Assembly: GCA_913049555.1 (NCBI GenBank) | Contig: CAJWYM010000005.1 | Location: 6,719 to 70,718 of the forward strand | Direction of reading: 5' to 3' | Source: an uncultured Opitutia bacterium | Lineage (GTDB): Bacteria > Verrucomicrobiota > Verrucomicrobiia > Opitutales > CAJWYM01 | Length of the DNA stretch: 64,000 nt | Shown here: in pieces, positions 26,490 through 35,977 of the stretch | How the letters are laid out: each line of letters begins with the position of its first letter | Position numbering within the stretch: position 1 is the first letter of the stretch | Notes under the pieces: model-generated | What the model was told of the DNA's origin: nothing | Databases searched by the model: none | The model's input: the letters and a program-made list of their open reading frames with translations, nothing else | Made by a program: the position numbers and the translations under genes

Positions 26490-26552
26490 ACTGAAACTTA
26501 AGCATATAATAGACCGCATTTAAAATTGTTCAGATTATAAACAATTTAAAAT

Positions 26553-27536
26553 TCAACCTATTTCTTTATTTTCATATTCTCCAAAATCTAAAGCGATTGA
26601 GATGCCTTTATGGGCAATTGAAATTCCAGGCTGTTTTTTAAATTTTCCTATTGAATCTACAAAAATAGATTCTTGATCGCTAAAAAGAGTTTGAACTTCT
26701 TTCAAATCATTTCCTTTTAATGCTAACAGATATCCAAAACTAGGAAAGGAAATCAACCATTTTAACCAATTGGTTTCTTTAGGAATAAACAAAGAATCTA
26801 AATCCAAAATGGCACCCAGCTTGGAACATTTTGAAAACATTGCAAGGGTTCCGATTATGCCCCCATTGGAAATATCTTTAGCGGCTTTACACAATCCTCT
26901 GTGAGCCAATTCAGGGAAAATGGATATTATTTTTTGAAGTTTTTTTGGACTACTTGATGTACTCGAATTCCAAAAAGGTTTTTCGCGTCGAAAGGCTCCA
27001 TCTGTATCGAGAACCATTACCAGTTGATCCCCTGCCTCAGCCTCAAAACTAGTTAGTAGTTTAGAACCTGCACGTCCCAAGACTGATGCAGCTAAGTAAA
27101 CCTTCTCTGTTTTTTCAATATTTTTTGTTGTATGACCACCCACTATAGGCACTGAATAGTCCTGAGAAGCTGCACACATGCCCATCCATATTTCATTTAC
27201 CATGTCTTCATCATGATCAGAACACCAAAGCACATCCGTAATAGCGATAGGTTTTCCACCCATGGCAACGACATCGCTAATATTGACCATAATAGAGGAA
27301 TATCCTGCGAACCAGGGATCTTGCTCAACAAAACTACTGATCATTCCTTCGGCAGCAAAAAGAATATGCCCCCCAGATATTGGGTCTAATATTGCAGCAC
27401 AATCATCTCCGATTTTTATGTCTTTAGATTGACCTTCTGCATGCTTGTATGTCTTAGAAATAAAAACTTTTTCTAGAACAGACGGATGACGAGCCAAATC
27501 CTTAGCCAACTGCTTGAGATTTAAATTTTTTGGCAT
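26553..27536 (-). CDS. AIR-synthase-related protein, Sll0787-like (Nit1C cluster member)
   Basis: ThiL/PurM-type N-domain motif IGDDCAAI...GGHILFAAEG, NISDVVAMGGKP, GGHT. The 327-aa size and context match the sll0787 family. Confidence 0.7.
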   Translation of the reverse strand: MPKNLNLKQLAKDLARHPSVLEKVFISKTYKHAEGQSKDIKIGDDCAAILDPISGGHILFAAEGMISSFVEQDPWFAGYSSIMVNISDVVAMGGKPIAITDVLWCSDHDEDMVNEIWMGMCAASQDYSVPIVGGHTTKNIEKTEKVYLAASVLGRAGSKLLTSFEAEAGDQLVMVLDTDGAFRREKPFWNSSTSSSPKKLQKIISIFPELAHRGLCKAAKDISNGGIIGTLAMFSKCSKLGAILDLDSLFIPKETNWLKWLISFPSFGYLLALKGNDLKEVQTLFSDQESIFVDSIGKFKKQPGISIAHKGISIALDFGEYENKEIG

Positions 27537-27578
27537 CTAAATTTGAATAAAAAAACATTTCATTAAATTCTTAAATCT

Positions 27579-28145
27579 TTATGCAACCCTGCAAGCAGGT
27601 TTGTAATAATTCAGATCCGCTTGCATCAATGCATGTTCTAAACCATGCAATTCAATTGAGTTTAACTTCAACCAGTGCAATCGTTCAAAAAATTTTACAT
27701 TTTGTTTTTGAACAGTAGCCAAAAATTGATGGCAGCCAATTGCATTTGCAGTGGAAACTGCTTTGTAAATCAGTCCTGCACCAATGGCTCCAAGTCCAGC
27801 GTTGCAGGGTTGCTTGTTTCTAATAGAAGCAGCAGAACTGAAACGACGGACCCTTCGATAATTGTGAGCAACACCAAGCCTACTTCCATACCAAACACCA
27901 GACTCTCGTTCGTTAATACGAACGCAACCAATCAAATCATCCTCCATACCAGCGATAAGAGATTTGCAAACAATGGGAATCATCGATTCATCTATGAGAT
28001 CTAAATCACTGATTTCAAAAAGAGACTGCTCGGCACAAAAAATGTCTTTTCTCAATTGATAAAACCCTTCAATGTCTTCGCTAGATGTAGCAATCTTAAA
28101 TATATAATCCTGAGATTGATAATTTTTAAACTTTTCTAAAATCAT
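27579..28145 (-). CDS. GNAT N-acetyltransferase, MSMEG_0567/Sll0786-like (Nit1C cluster member)
   Basis: 188 aa with a GNAT-like core (VRINE....WYGSRLGV...R). The assignment rests mainly on size and conserved cluster context. Confidence 0.6.
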   Translation of the reverse strand: MILEKFKNYQSQDYIFKIATSSEDIEGFYQLRKDIFCAEQSLFEISDLDLIDESMIPIVCKSLIAGMEDDLIGCVRINERESGVWYGSRLGVAHNYRRVRRFSSAASIRNKQPCNAGLGAIGAGLIYKAVSTANAIGCHQFLATVQKQNVKFFERLHWLKLNSIELHGLEHALMQADLNYYKPACRVA

Positions 28146-28175
28146 GATGCAAAGGTTGATAAAAATAAAGTTTCC

Positions 28176-29444
28176 CTAAATTAAATGATAATCATTTGTT
28201 GGATTATGACTTAGAGATTCTACCACATTATCAGCAATAAACTTTGAATCTTCAGCAATACCGGAAAATCTTGAAGACCCCCATGTATTTTGCCAAGGAA
28301 GTCCTATAAAAAAAAGTCCAGAAATTCTAGTAATTCCTCGCTCGTGAACTGGAAAACCACGATTGTCAAATATGTTTGCATGAATGTAATCAAAATTCGG
28401 TTTATAACCGATACACCAAATAATGTTGGCAATCTCATTGTCTAGAAAATTAAGCTCCGTTTTCTCACTAGCTGGATTCCAACAGGGTTCATAATCAGAT
28501 TCTAAAGGAACATCGATTCCTTTTTCTTTAATGTAATCATCAATACGCTTTCTGATTCCTAGGTAAGATTTATCTGCATTGTCTAGTTTTTCTTTCAAAT
28601 CAGCTTTAGCAACAAAACCATCCTGATTGACTTTTTCTAAATACCCGTACAAGCGTACTCCTTGTTGAGCAAATTTACGTAAATCGATTTCTTTGCCACC
28701 ATCTCTGCCTGACAAGTAATGATTTGTGCCTGTAAGTGCTTTTTTCTGATTTGGATGTTCTGCAAAGGTAGTTTTATAATATCCCATCTCTTCCAACCAA
28801 GCAACTGCATCTTTACCTCTGTATTTACGAGGAGATCTTGGAGCGTTCCCAAGAAACAAGTGAACTTGATGACCTTCCAACATCAAATCCTCAGCAATTT
28901 GACATCCTGATTGACCCGAACCAACAATTATTGTGGCTCCATCTCTCATTTGAGATGAATTCTTGTATTTATTGGCTTGAATTTGAAGGATTGATTTGGG
29001 TATAGATTCAACGTTTTTTGGAAAAACCGGAGTGTGAAATGAACTAGTAGCGACAATGACATTTTTGCAATTCCAGCGACCATTGGTAGCTTTAATGATA
29101 AATGCATCGGATTCTTTTTCTACTGAAATTACTTCAACACCCTCGAAAATTGGACATTTAATTTTCTCAGCAAACTTTAATACATATTCAACAATTTCTT
29201 GCTTCAACATGAATCCGCTAGGATCAGATCCAGCGTAATCATGATCAGGCAATCTACATTGAAAATTGGGTGTTACTAAAGAAAAGTTGTCCCATCTTTC
29301 ATTTTTCCAACTATGGGCAATTTCATTTTTTTCAAAAATAATTTGATTTAAAATACCCATCTTTTGTAAATAATAAGACACACTCAATCCCGCTTGACCC
29401 GCACCAATAATTGCAACGTCCACGGTATTTACTAAGTCGCTCAT
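28176..29444 (-). CDS. flavin-dependent (two-dinucleotide-binding-domain) oxidoreductase, MSMEG_0569-like (Nit1C cluster member)
   Basis: FAD motif VAIIGAGQAGLS near the N-terminus and a second Rossmann motif IIVGSGQSGCQIAEDL; 422 aa. Confidence 0.8.
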   Translation of the reverse strand: MSDLVNTVDVAIIGAGQAGLSVSYYLQKMGILNQIIFEKNEIAHSWKNERWDNFSLVTPNFQCRLPDHDYAGSDPSGFMLKQEIVEYVLKFAEKIKCPIFEGVEVISVEKESDAFIIKATNGRWNCKNVIVATSSFHTPVFPKNVESIPKSILQIQANKYKNSSQMRDGATIIVGSGQSGCQIAEDLMLEGHQVHLFLGNAPRSPRKYRGKDAVAWLEEMGYYKTTFAEHPNQKKALTGTNHYLSGRDGGKEIDLRKFAQQGVRLYGYLEKVNQDGFVAKADLKEKLDNADKSYLGIRKRIDDYIKEKGIDVPLESDYEPCWNPASEKTELNFLDNEIANIIWCIGYKPNFDYIHANIFDNRGFPVHERGITRISGLFFIGLPWQNTWGSSRFSGIAEDSKFIADNVVESLSHNPTNDYHLI

Positions 29445-29451
29445 TTTTTTA

Positions 29452-29727
29452 CTAAATTTTGATGACTACGATTTTATCATCATGTTTGAAGTTTGAAGAA
29501 ATTTTTTGAATTCTTTTTAAAGAATTCAAAGCTCCAGTGCATTGGAATCCATACTTTTCTTCCACTCGATCGGAAGCAATCTTGAGAGACTCCTGAGCTT
29601 TAGTTAGAAAAATCGAATTTGTCAGGACATCACCCTCAGAAAAATAATCCAGTACAATGGAAGAGGGAGAATAGCAATCCATCTGTGATCCGTCAGGCAA
29701 ACCAATTGTAAACGTTGTTTCAGGCAT
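29452..29727 (-). CDS. small (~91 aa) MSMEG_0570-like protein (Nit1C cluster member)
   Basis: I chose the start at ATG 29727, 4 nt after the radical SAM stop. The ORF-track start at 29793 would overlap by 62 nt. The size and position between the rSAM and flavoprotein genes fit the family, and there is no other recognisable motif. Confidence 0.5.
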   Translation of the reverse strand: MPETTFTIGLPDGSQMDCYSPSSIVLDYFSEGDVLTNSIFLTKAQESLKIASDRVEEKYGFQCTGALNSLKRIQKISSNFKHDDKIVVIKI

Positions 29728-29731
29728 AAAT

Positions 29732-30886
29732 TTAGAAAGCTGAGCAGCTGTTGTGGTTGTTTTCAAAAGTGGAGAGCGTGGAGCAAGCTCCACATTTAGC
29801 GCAACCTGCTTTGACAGTATTTGAGGACATGCCAGCCTTTGCTAGCATAGCTCCAATTGGAGACAAAACCGAACGCATGAAGTCAGTATTTGGCGCTGGA
29901 TGATTTTCAAGTTGTGTTCCAGTAACTGGAACAAAAGGAACAACAAATGGATAAACGCCTAAATCTATCAAAGTTCGAGATGCATGAATAAGCTCCTCTT
30001 TGGTATCTCCCAAACCCGCTAATAAATAGGTGCTGACTTGACCACGACCAAACACTTTTACAGATGCTTTAAAAGCATCCATGTAATAGCTAAGGGGAAC
30101 TTCCGCTTTTCCCGGCATTATTTTTGCCCTTACCTTATCATTCCAAGCCTCTAGATGCATTCCCAAACTATCGACACCAGATTCATGCAAACGCTTAAAC
30201 CAAAAGAAATCGTCTGGGGGTTCACATTGAGCCTGTATGGCAAGACCTGTCGCATCTTTGATTGCCCTAGCAGAATCACATAAAATAGAAGCACCTCGAT
30301 CATTCGTGGTGGGCGTTCCTGTAGTAAGAACCACTTGACGAACTCCATCATACTTCATGGCAGCATAGGCAACCTCAGCAAGTTGTTCAGGGGATTTTTT
30401 AGCAATTGTGCGCCCCGATTTTAATGACTCACCAATGGCACAAAATTGGCATTTTGTATTTTTATTACCATAGCGTATGCAGGTTTGTAAAACCGTTGAA
30501 GCTAAAACATCGGTTGAATGAAGGGTAGCAATTTTCCAGTAGGGAATCTCATCTACAGTCCTCAGAGAGTAAAATCTAGGTTGAGGGGGAAAAGTTACTT
30601 TGACCACAGGAATATTGATAAAGTTTAAAGAAGCTGTTCCATCAGATTGAATGGGTCCCAAAGAAAATGGAGATCCTTCCACAGAATATGTGTGAACTGG
30701 AACCATAACAGTGCTCCCTAAAACAGTCATTGCCTTATGATCAGTGGGACCGGCACCACCTATTCTTGAAGGAGCACCAAAATCAGAGGACAACTGAACT
30801 CCGTAAGATTGAAGTTCAGTCAACAAATAGCTCTTGTCAGCGATAATATTGTGACTGTAGTTTTTAGCAGTTGGTAACCGGTTCAT
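29732..30886 (-). CDS. radical SAM-type protein, MSMEG_0568-like (Nit1C cluster member)
   Basis: Cys cluster ...[18 protein letters not shown]..., TIM-barrel-like pattern, 384 aa. The start overlaps the nitrilase stop by 23 nt. Confidence 0.65.
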   Translation of the reverse strand: MNRLPTAKNYSHNIIADKSYLLTELQSYGVQLSSDFGAPSRIGGAGPTDHKAMTVLGSTVMVPVHTYSVEGSPFSLGPIQSDGTASLNFINIPVVKVTFPPQPRFYSLRTVDEIPYWKIATLHSTDVLASTVLQTCIRYGNKNTKCQFCAIGESLKSGRTIAKKSPEQLAEVAYAAMKYDGVRQVVLTTGTPTTNDRGASILCDSARAIKDATGLAIQAQCEPPDDFFWFKRLHESGVDSLGMHLEAWNDKVRAKIMPGKAEVPLSYYMDAFKASVKVFGRGQVSTYLLAGLGDTKEELIHASRTLIDLGVYPFVVPFVPVTGTQLENHPAPNTDFMRSVLSPIGAMLAKAGMSSNTVKAGCAKCGACSTLSTFENNHNSCSAF

Positions 30887-31838
30887 TCAAGGCATTGGAT
30901 TTAGGTTTTAAAGGTTCATGATTATCAATTTTAAGTTGTTCCTCCTTGTTGACAGACAATGAGAACAGGTCGGGTCTTGAATAATGTCCAACTGAGTCCA
31001 TCATTCGTTTTCTTTTGGTGATCAATGAGAAATCAAGATCCGCAATCGCCATGCCCTCACCATCAGTAATAGGCTCGCACATGTGGGAACCATCAGGTGC
31101 AATTATAGCTGTAAAACACCCACCAGTAAGTGTCTTTTGCATTTTCTCGTTCGGAGTAATGGTTGCACGCTGGCTCGGAGTCAACCAACCAGTTGAATTG
31201 ACAACGAAACAACCTGATTCCAGAGCATGATGACGGATAGAAACCTCAATTTGATCAGCAAATATTTTTCCGACCATAGAACCAGGAAATTGAGAACAAT
31301 GTATCTGTTCAGAATCCGCCATTAAAGTATATCGAGCAAGAGGGTTGTAATGCTCCCAACAAGCCAAGGCTCCAATTCTTCCAACAGATGTATCTACTGC
31401 TCTCAAGCCAGAACCATCCCCTCTGCCCCAGATCATTCTTTCATGAAAAGAAGGCGTGATTTTTCGTCTTTTCAACTTTATTTCCCCATCCGAATCGATT
31501 ATCAATTGAGAGTTATAAAGAGACTCACCATCTCTTTCGTTCATCCCTATACAGAGAACCATATTGTGTTCCAAAGCAGCCTGTTTGAGCTGATTTACTA
31601 ATGGTCCAGGAACAACTACGGCTTCCTGATAAAGCTTTAAATGAGAATTCCCTGAAGACACCGGCGGTTCAACAAAAGAAAAATATGGATAATAAGGGAT
31701 GAAAGTTTCTGGAAAAACAGCCAGCTGCACGTTTTGTTTGGAGGCTTCGAAAATAGCATCGCAAACTAAACGGACTGTGCCTGAACAACTGTTAAGGTCA
31801 GGAGCTATTTGAATGGCTGCAGCTCTAACTGTTTTCAT
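30864..31838 (-). CDS. nitrilase (Nit6803/Sll0784-like)
   Basis: Carbon-nitrogen hydrolase Glu-Lys-Cys triad regions: [38 protein letters not shown]. Confidence 0.9.
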   Translation of the reverse strand: MKTVRAAAIQIAPDLNSCSGTVRLVCDAIFEASKQNVQLAVFPETFIPYYPYFSFVEPPVSSGNSHLKLYQEAVVVPGPLVNQLKQAALEHNMVLCIGMNERDGESLYNSQLIIDSDGEIKLKRRKITPSFHERMIWGRGDGSGLRAVDTSVGRIGALACWEHYNPLARYTLMADSEQIHCSQFPGSMVGKIFADQIEVSIRHHALESGCFVVNSTGWLTPSQRATITPNEKMQKTLTGGCFTAIIAPDGSHMCEPITDGEGMAIADLDFSLITKRKRMMDSVGHYSRPDLFSLSVNKEEQLKIDNHEPLKPKSNALNEPVTNC

Positions 31839-31860
31839 CTGACAAACAATTCAACAGAAA

Positions 31861-32343
31861 TTAAACCGTCCAGGAATCCATGATTACAGCATTCGCTTTT
31901 TTATGAATCAGTATGCAATCAAGAACATCGAGTGGGTTTATGGGAATAATTCCAGGAATGAAAGCCTTTTCCGTTTGACCGTACAAGGCTTGGGTCGAAA
32001 AACGACAACCATACACTTTCCCTCCCTCTTCCATGAATTTAGACAATCGCTGATTAACAAAAAGATGTCCTGGGAAAGCTTCATCTCCTAAAGTTGGGAA
32101 TCCCCTTTGAAAACCCATTGTAACACCAGGACCGTATAGCAGGATGGAAGTTTCATAACCCTTTCGCTGCAATCGGGTCGCAGAAAGAGTATTAACGATG
32201 CTGATAGAGCCTTCAAAAGCCACTGTATGAAAAGTAACCAACGCCTTTTCTCCAGGTTCTGCTTTTACATCCTCGAAAACTTTTTCTTCATAATCTACTA
32301 AAAAGTCTCCATCTTTGTGTTCGGGTAATTCTACTTTGGGCAT
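31861..32343 (-). CDS. 160-aa MSMEG_0572/Sll0783-like protein (first gene of Nit1C cluster)
   Basis: The size and its position directly upstream of the nitrilase match the conserved cluster. I recognised no catalytic motif. Confidence 0.5.
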   Translation of the reverse strand: MPKVELPEHKDGDFLVDYEEKVFEDVKAEPGEKALVTFHTVAFEGSISIVNTLSATRLQRKGYETSILLYGPGVTMGFQRGFPTLGDEAFPGHLFVNQRLSKFMEEGGKVYGCRFSTQALYGQTEKAFIPGIIPINPLDVLDCILIHKKANAVIMDSWTV

Positions 32344-32389
32344 GATTTTAATCCTTTAATTGTGAGTTGGGTGAATGAAATGAGAGTTT

Positions 32390-32405
32390 TGCAATTAGAA
32401 TGCCA
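32390..32405 (-). promoter_or_regulatory. sigma-54 (-24/-12) promoter TGGCAT-N5-TTGCA upstream of the Nit1C operon
   Basis: The minus-strand sequence GGGTGGCATTCTAATTGCAAAA has GG and GC separated by exactly 10 nt, as in the TGGCAC-N5-TTGCA consensus. The -12 element lies 48 nt upstream of the ATG at 32343. Confidence 0.6.
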
Positions 32406-32433
32406 CCCTTTTATTTTAGTCATTGTAATTTGC

Positions 32434-32479
32434 GCACATCATTGTCCTAGTTAATTTCATTTATGCATATCATTGTCCT
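32434..32479. promoter_or_regulatory. two 15-nt direct repeats (GCACATCATTGTCCT / GCATATCATTGTCCT) 31 bp apart, upstream of the sigma-54 promoter
   Basis: 14 of 15 positions are identical. The repeats are centred roughly 60 and 90 nt upstream of the predicted start site, and a third partial CATTGT lies at 32421. Confidence 0.35.
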
Positions 32480-32841
32480 TCACAAATTCAGTGGCAAAAA
32501 ACTTTACAATTTTTTATTACAAATGGTTGAATTGTTTAATGTGTTTATTTTATAGACAATTAAAATCGATTGCTAAAACTATTGGATTTAATACCTATTC
32601 AAATATGAATTTAGACCATTCTGATTGCTCTTTTTAATTCAAAATTATAAAAAAAGTATACTTATGATCAGATTCAATCTGTTAATCCCAACTGAATTGG
32701 GTATAATTTGTTTGAATTTAATTCCTGAAAAAGGAATCACAATATATTGATTGATAATTACTAAGTGAATGCAGAGTGCTTATTGGATTGGTAAATAAAT
32801 TTTTAGAGCAAATAGAATTAAGATCGCAAAGAATCTCTTTA

Positions 32842-34248
32842 CTAAGCCCCTCTTCTCGCTTCTAAATCCATTCGTAGTTGCTCCACCTTTTTTTTGCTTA
32901 AAGGGTATTTGTTTAAAAAATAAATTGAAATTAAGGGTAGAATAAAGGCCATGGAGACAAAAGATACTCTTAAGATTAAAATAGAACCTCCCTGAGATGA
33001 ATCTGCAGAATGGACCTCTCGATCGATTCCACTCAACATCAAAACTAGACCGGTTAAAAGGTAGCTCAAAGCCATTGCAATTTCGGGAATAATCCCAAAT
33101 ACAGAACCGATCAAGCCTTCCCTTCTCTCGCAACTAATCCATTCATCTTGATCACATACATCGGCAATCATTGCTGGTAACAAAACAGCCAATCCAGCCC
33201 AAAGCGGACCACATAGAATTGCATCAAAGAAAATCAAATAGGGCATTTCTGAATTAAAAGTAAACCATTTTATCAGTCCTCCAAAAGAAGCAATTACCAA
33301 CAGGGTTTTAAGCATTTTCTCTTTCCCGATTCGAAGTGCAATCTTGAGTATTATCGGAAGCGTTATAAAACCAATAATACCAAACAAAGTGCCATTCATG
33401 GCATTGAGTTTCATCCCCTCTCCAAGATCCCCCAGAAACATATAATGGATGACAATGTACTGAGCGATCACTCCCATAAACACTCCCATAACATTGATTG
33501 GTAAAATAACACCCAAGCAAGACATTAGAGCTTTATTCGAACCTATCTGTTTTTTTAACGAGGAGAAATTAAAGCCCTCGGAATGCCCAGATCCCAAAAT
33601 TGATTTTGCTCTTTCTTTGACCAAAAACAATGGCACCATACCCAAACCAATAAATAAAAACAAACCCGCTATGAGAGCCAACCATCGTGCCCCCAAAAGT
33701 GGATTTCCTCCAAATATACTGTGATTAGTCATAGGTCCAAACCAATGAACGGACAAACTTCCCAAATTAACGAACAATGCCCAAAAAAACATCAAGCGGA
33801 TACGCTCATCGTAATCGGGAGTCAATTCATAGGTCAAACTCGTCATGGGAACCGCAAAAAGTGAATAAGCAGTAAAAAACAAAATATTCCCAATTAAAAG
33901 CCAGAGGAATAATACGAGTTGGGTGGCATCGGATGGAACCCACCAAACTAGATTGAAAGTGAGGGCCATAAAAACAAGGCCAACGAAAATTAAAGGTTTT
34001 CTTCTTCCCCATCGAGTTTGCAAGCGATCTGAAAAAACGCCAATAATTGGATCCACAAAGGCGCCCCAGAGCCGGGGAAGCATCATGGCAATACCAAAAA
34101 GAAGCGGATTCATGCTCAGATGAATCTGATAAATAGAAGGGGCCATTGTGGAAATAATTTGCCCTCCTTGACTGTAAGGAACCGCTCCAAAACCAACAGC
34201 CACTTTTTGCTTTGTATTCAACTTCTGGGGTGAGTTCTTGTTTTTCAT
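32842..34248 (-). CDS. GPH-family (MelB/glycoside-pentoside-hexuronide) cation symporter, MFS
   Basis: 12-TM pattern with the GPH signature region DPI.G..SDR..T.WGRRKP. It is paralogous to 34398..35804 and 60346..61785. I chose the start at ATG 34248. Confidence 0.8.
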   Translation of the reverse strand: MKNKNSPQKLNTKQKVAVGFGAVPYSQGGQIISTMAPSIYQIHLSMNPLLFGIAMMLPRLWGAFVDPIIGVFSDRLQTRWGRRKPLIFVGLVFMALTFNLVWWVPSDATQLVLFLWLLIGNILFFTAYSLFAVPMTSLTYELTPDYDERIRLMFFWALFVNLGSLSVHWFGPMTNHSIFGGNPLLGARWLALIAGLFLFIGLGMVPLFLVKERAKSILGSGHSEGFNFSSLKKQIGSNKALMSCLGVILPINVMGVFMGVIAQYIVIHYMFLGDLGEGMKLNAMNGTLFGIIGFITLPIILKIALRIGKEKMLKTLLVIASFGGLIKWFTFNSEMPYLIFFDAILCGPLWAGLAVLLPAMIADVCDQDEWISCERREGLIGSVFGIIPEIAMALSYLLTGLVLMLSGIDREVHSADSSQGGSILILRVSFVSMAFILPLISIYFLNKYPLSKKKVEQLRMDLEARRGA

Positions 34249-34397
34249 TGGGTTAAATGGGTGAATTGAGTGTAATAAATAAAACAAAAGTTTGGATTAC
34301 TACAATTTTTCAATTTCTTAAAGTCTCAAAATACTATCATAGATCCAAAAAAGATTTTTCAATTTATTTTTAAAGGATTAGATCAGTCGCATCGTAA

Positions 34398-35804
34398 CTA
34401 AACTTTTCCTCTTCTTTCCTCCAGTTCTTTTCTAATTTGGTATGCTTCTTTCTCGCCAATTGGATAGAGTCTTAGGCAAAGCATAGCTATAATCGGAGCC
34501 AATACAGAGGCCCCTACAAAAAACACTCTTAAAGCGGTCATAGTTCCCTCTGGCTGATTGGCTCCTAATGTTTCATCGAACCCACTAAAGCTGACTGCAA
34601 TCCCTGTAACAAGAAAGGTAAAAGAAGTTCCAAACTTGGTGATCCAATTAAAAACGGAACTGATAATTCCGGCTCTTCGTTCCCCAAATTTCCACTCATC
34701 CCAATCGCATAAATCAGCAATCATAGAAGGGACTATTACTCCGAGGGATACCCAAATTGGACCATTCAAGATAGAATCCAATAACATCAGGTAAGGAAGA
34801 TCGGATGTAAAAATAAACCATTTAGAAATACCACCCAAAAATGTGAGTGACAAGACAACATACATGGCGCGTTTTTTTCCAAAATTGAGTGCCATCCATC
34901 GCAACAATAGAATTCCAAGAAAGCCAACAATTACAAATCCTGTTCCATTCCATGAATTTAAGATCATTCCGCCTTCTAAATCCCCTCCTTTTACATGATA
35001 AATAACAATGTACAGTGCAATGCTTCCAGCAATCGTTCCTCCAAAGTTTAGAGCAAATACGATTCCGACAAGTCCAAGCATAGGTTTAGACGATGCCGCT
35101 TGCTTAATCGCAATAAAAAACCCAATTTTTTCCTCAGATTTAACGGTGACCGATTGATACCTTTCACGTCCCAGGATCGCTGGCATAATTCCCATCAAAA
35201 CAAAAACCAAAATCCCTAAAATCAAACCAATATATCGAGCTCCGATCAATGGAGTTTCAAAAATCTCCCAATTGGTGATAGGAGCATACCACATAAGAGC
35301 AAGGTTGCCTATATTGATAAAGATAGCCCATACAACCATTACTCTTGTTCTTTCGTGATAATCAGGAGTCAACTCACAAGCCAAGGCATAACAAGGAACT
35401 GCATAGATCGTGTAAGCAGTAAAAAACAAAATGCTGGTTATGACTAACCATGCAAACATCCCCATTTCCCCCCATCCTTGTGGAACCATCCAGATAGAGA
35501 TAAAAGTAATCGCCATTAAAAACGCACCTACAAAAACAAACGGTCTTCTCCTTCCATACTTGGATTGATAGCGGTCGGAAATTCTGCCCATAATTGGATC
35601 CGTAAAAGCATCCCAAAATCGAGGAATGGTCATCGCAAGTCCGAAAAGCATTGGATTCATACCCAAGAAAAGCTGGAATATTGGCAATCCCAAATAATTT
35701 ACAACCATACTGCCAGTTATAAATGGAAAAGCACCTAGCCCAACTCCCAATTTTTGTGCAAAAGGAACACGATCTTCTCCCTTTGTAATGTAATGTTCGC
35801 TCAT
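34398..35804 (-). CDS. GPH-family cation symporter, MFS
   Basis: DAFTDPIMGRISDRYQSKYGRRRPF motif and a multi-TM profile. The C-terminal tail ..ELEERRGKV is shared with its paralogues. Confidence 0.8.
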   Translation of the reverse strand: MSEHYITKGEDRVPFAQKLGVGLGAFPFITGSMVVNYLGLPIFQLFLGMNPMLFGLAMTIPRFWDAFTDPIMGRISDRYQSKYGRRRPFVFVGAFLMAITFISIWMVPQGWGEMGMFAWLVITSILFFTAYTIYAVPCYALACELTPDYHERTRVMVVWAIFINIGNLALMWYAPITNWEIFETPLIGARYIGLILGILVFVLMGIMPAILGRERYQSVTVKSEEKIGFFIAIKQAASSKPMLGLVGIVFALNFGGTIAGSIALYIVIYHVKGGDLEGGMILNSWNGTGFVIVGFLGILLLRWMALNFGKKRAMYVVLSLTFLGGISKWFIFTSDLPYLMLLDSILNGPIWVSLGVIVPSMIADLCDWDEWKFGERRAGIISSVFNWITKFGTSFTFLVTGIAVSFSGFDETLGANQPEGTMTALRVFFVGASVLAPIIAMLCLRLYPIGEKEAYQIRKELEERRGKV

Positions 35805-35977
35805 TTTATAATATTCTCCGAATTTTAAATACTGCTTAAAAGAAATGGTCGCTTGTTTCCAAGTAGATGGATTGGTAAGCGGACAATTGAATTTAATATA
35901 ATGTTAATCATATAAAAGTCAAATGATAAACATTTAAAACTATTCACGAAACCTTGGATGAATTCAAGAAATTGAGG

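Noticed and set aside
32780-34123. Several alternative-frame ORFs overlap the GPH transporter gene (32780..33133, 33308..33520, 33494..33724, 33827..34012, 33923..34123).
   Set aside because: They lie entirely within a well-supported 12-TM transporter ORF and have no motifs. The same applies to similar shadow ORFs inside the other long genes listed in the ORF track.
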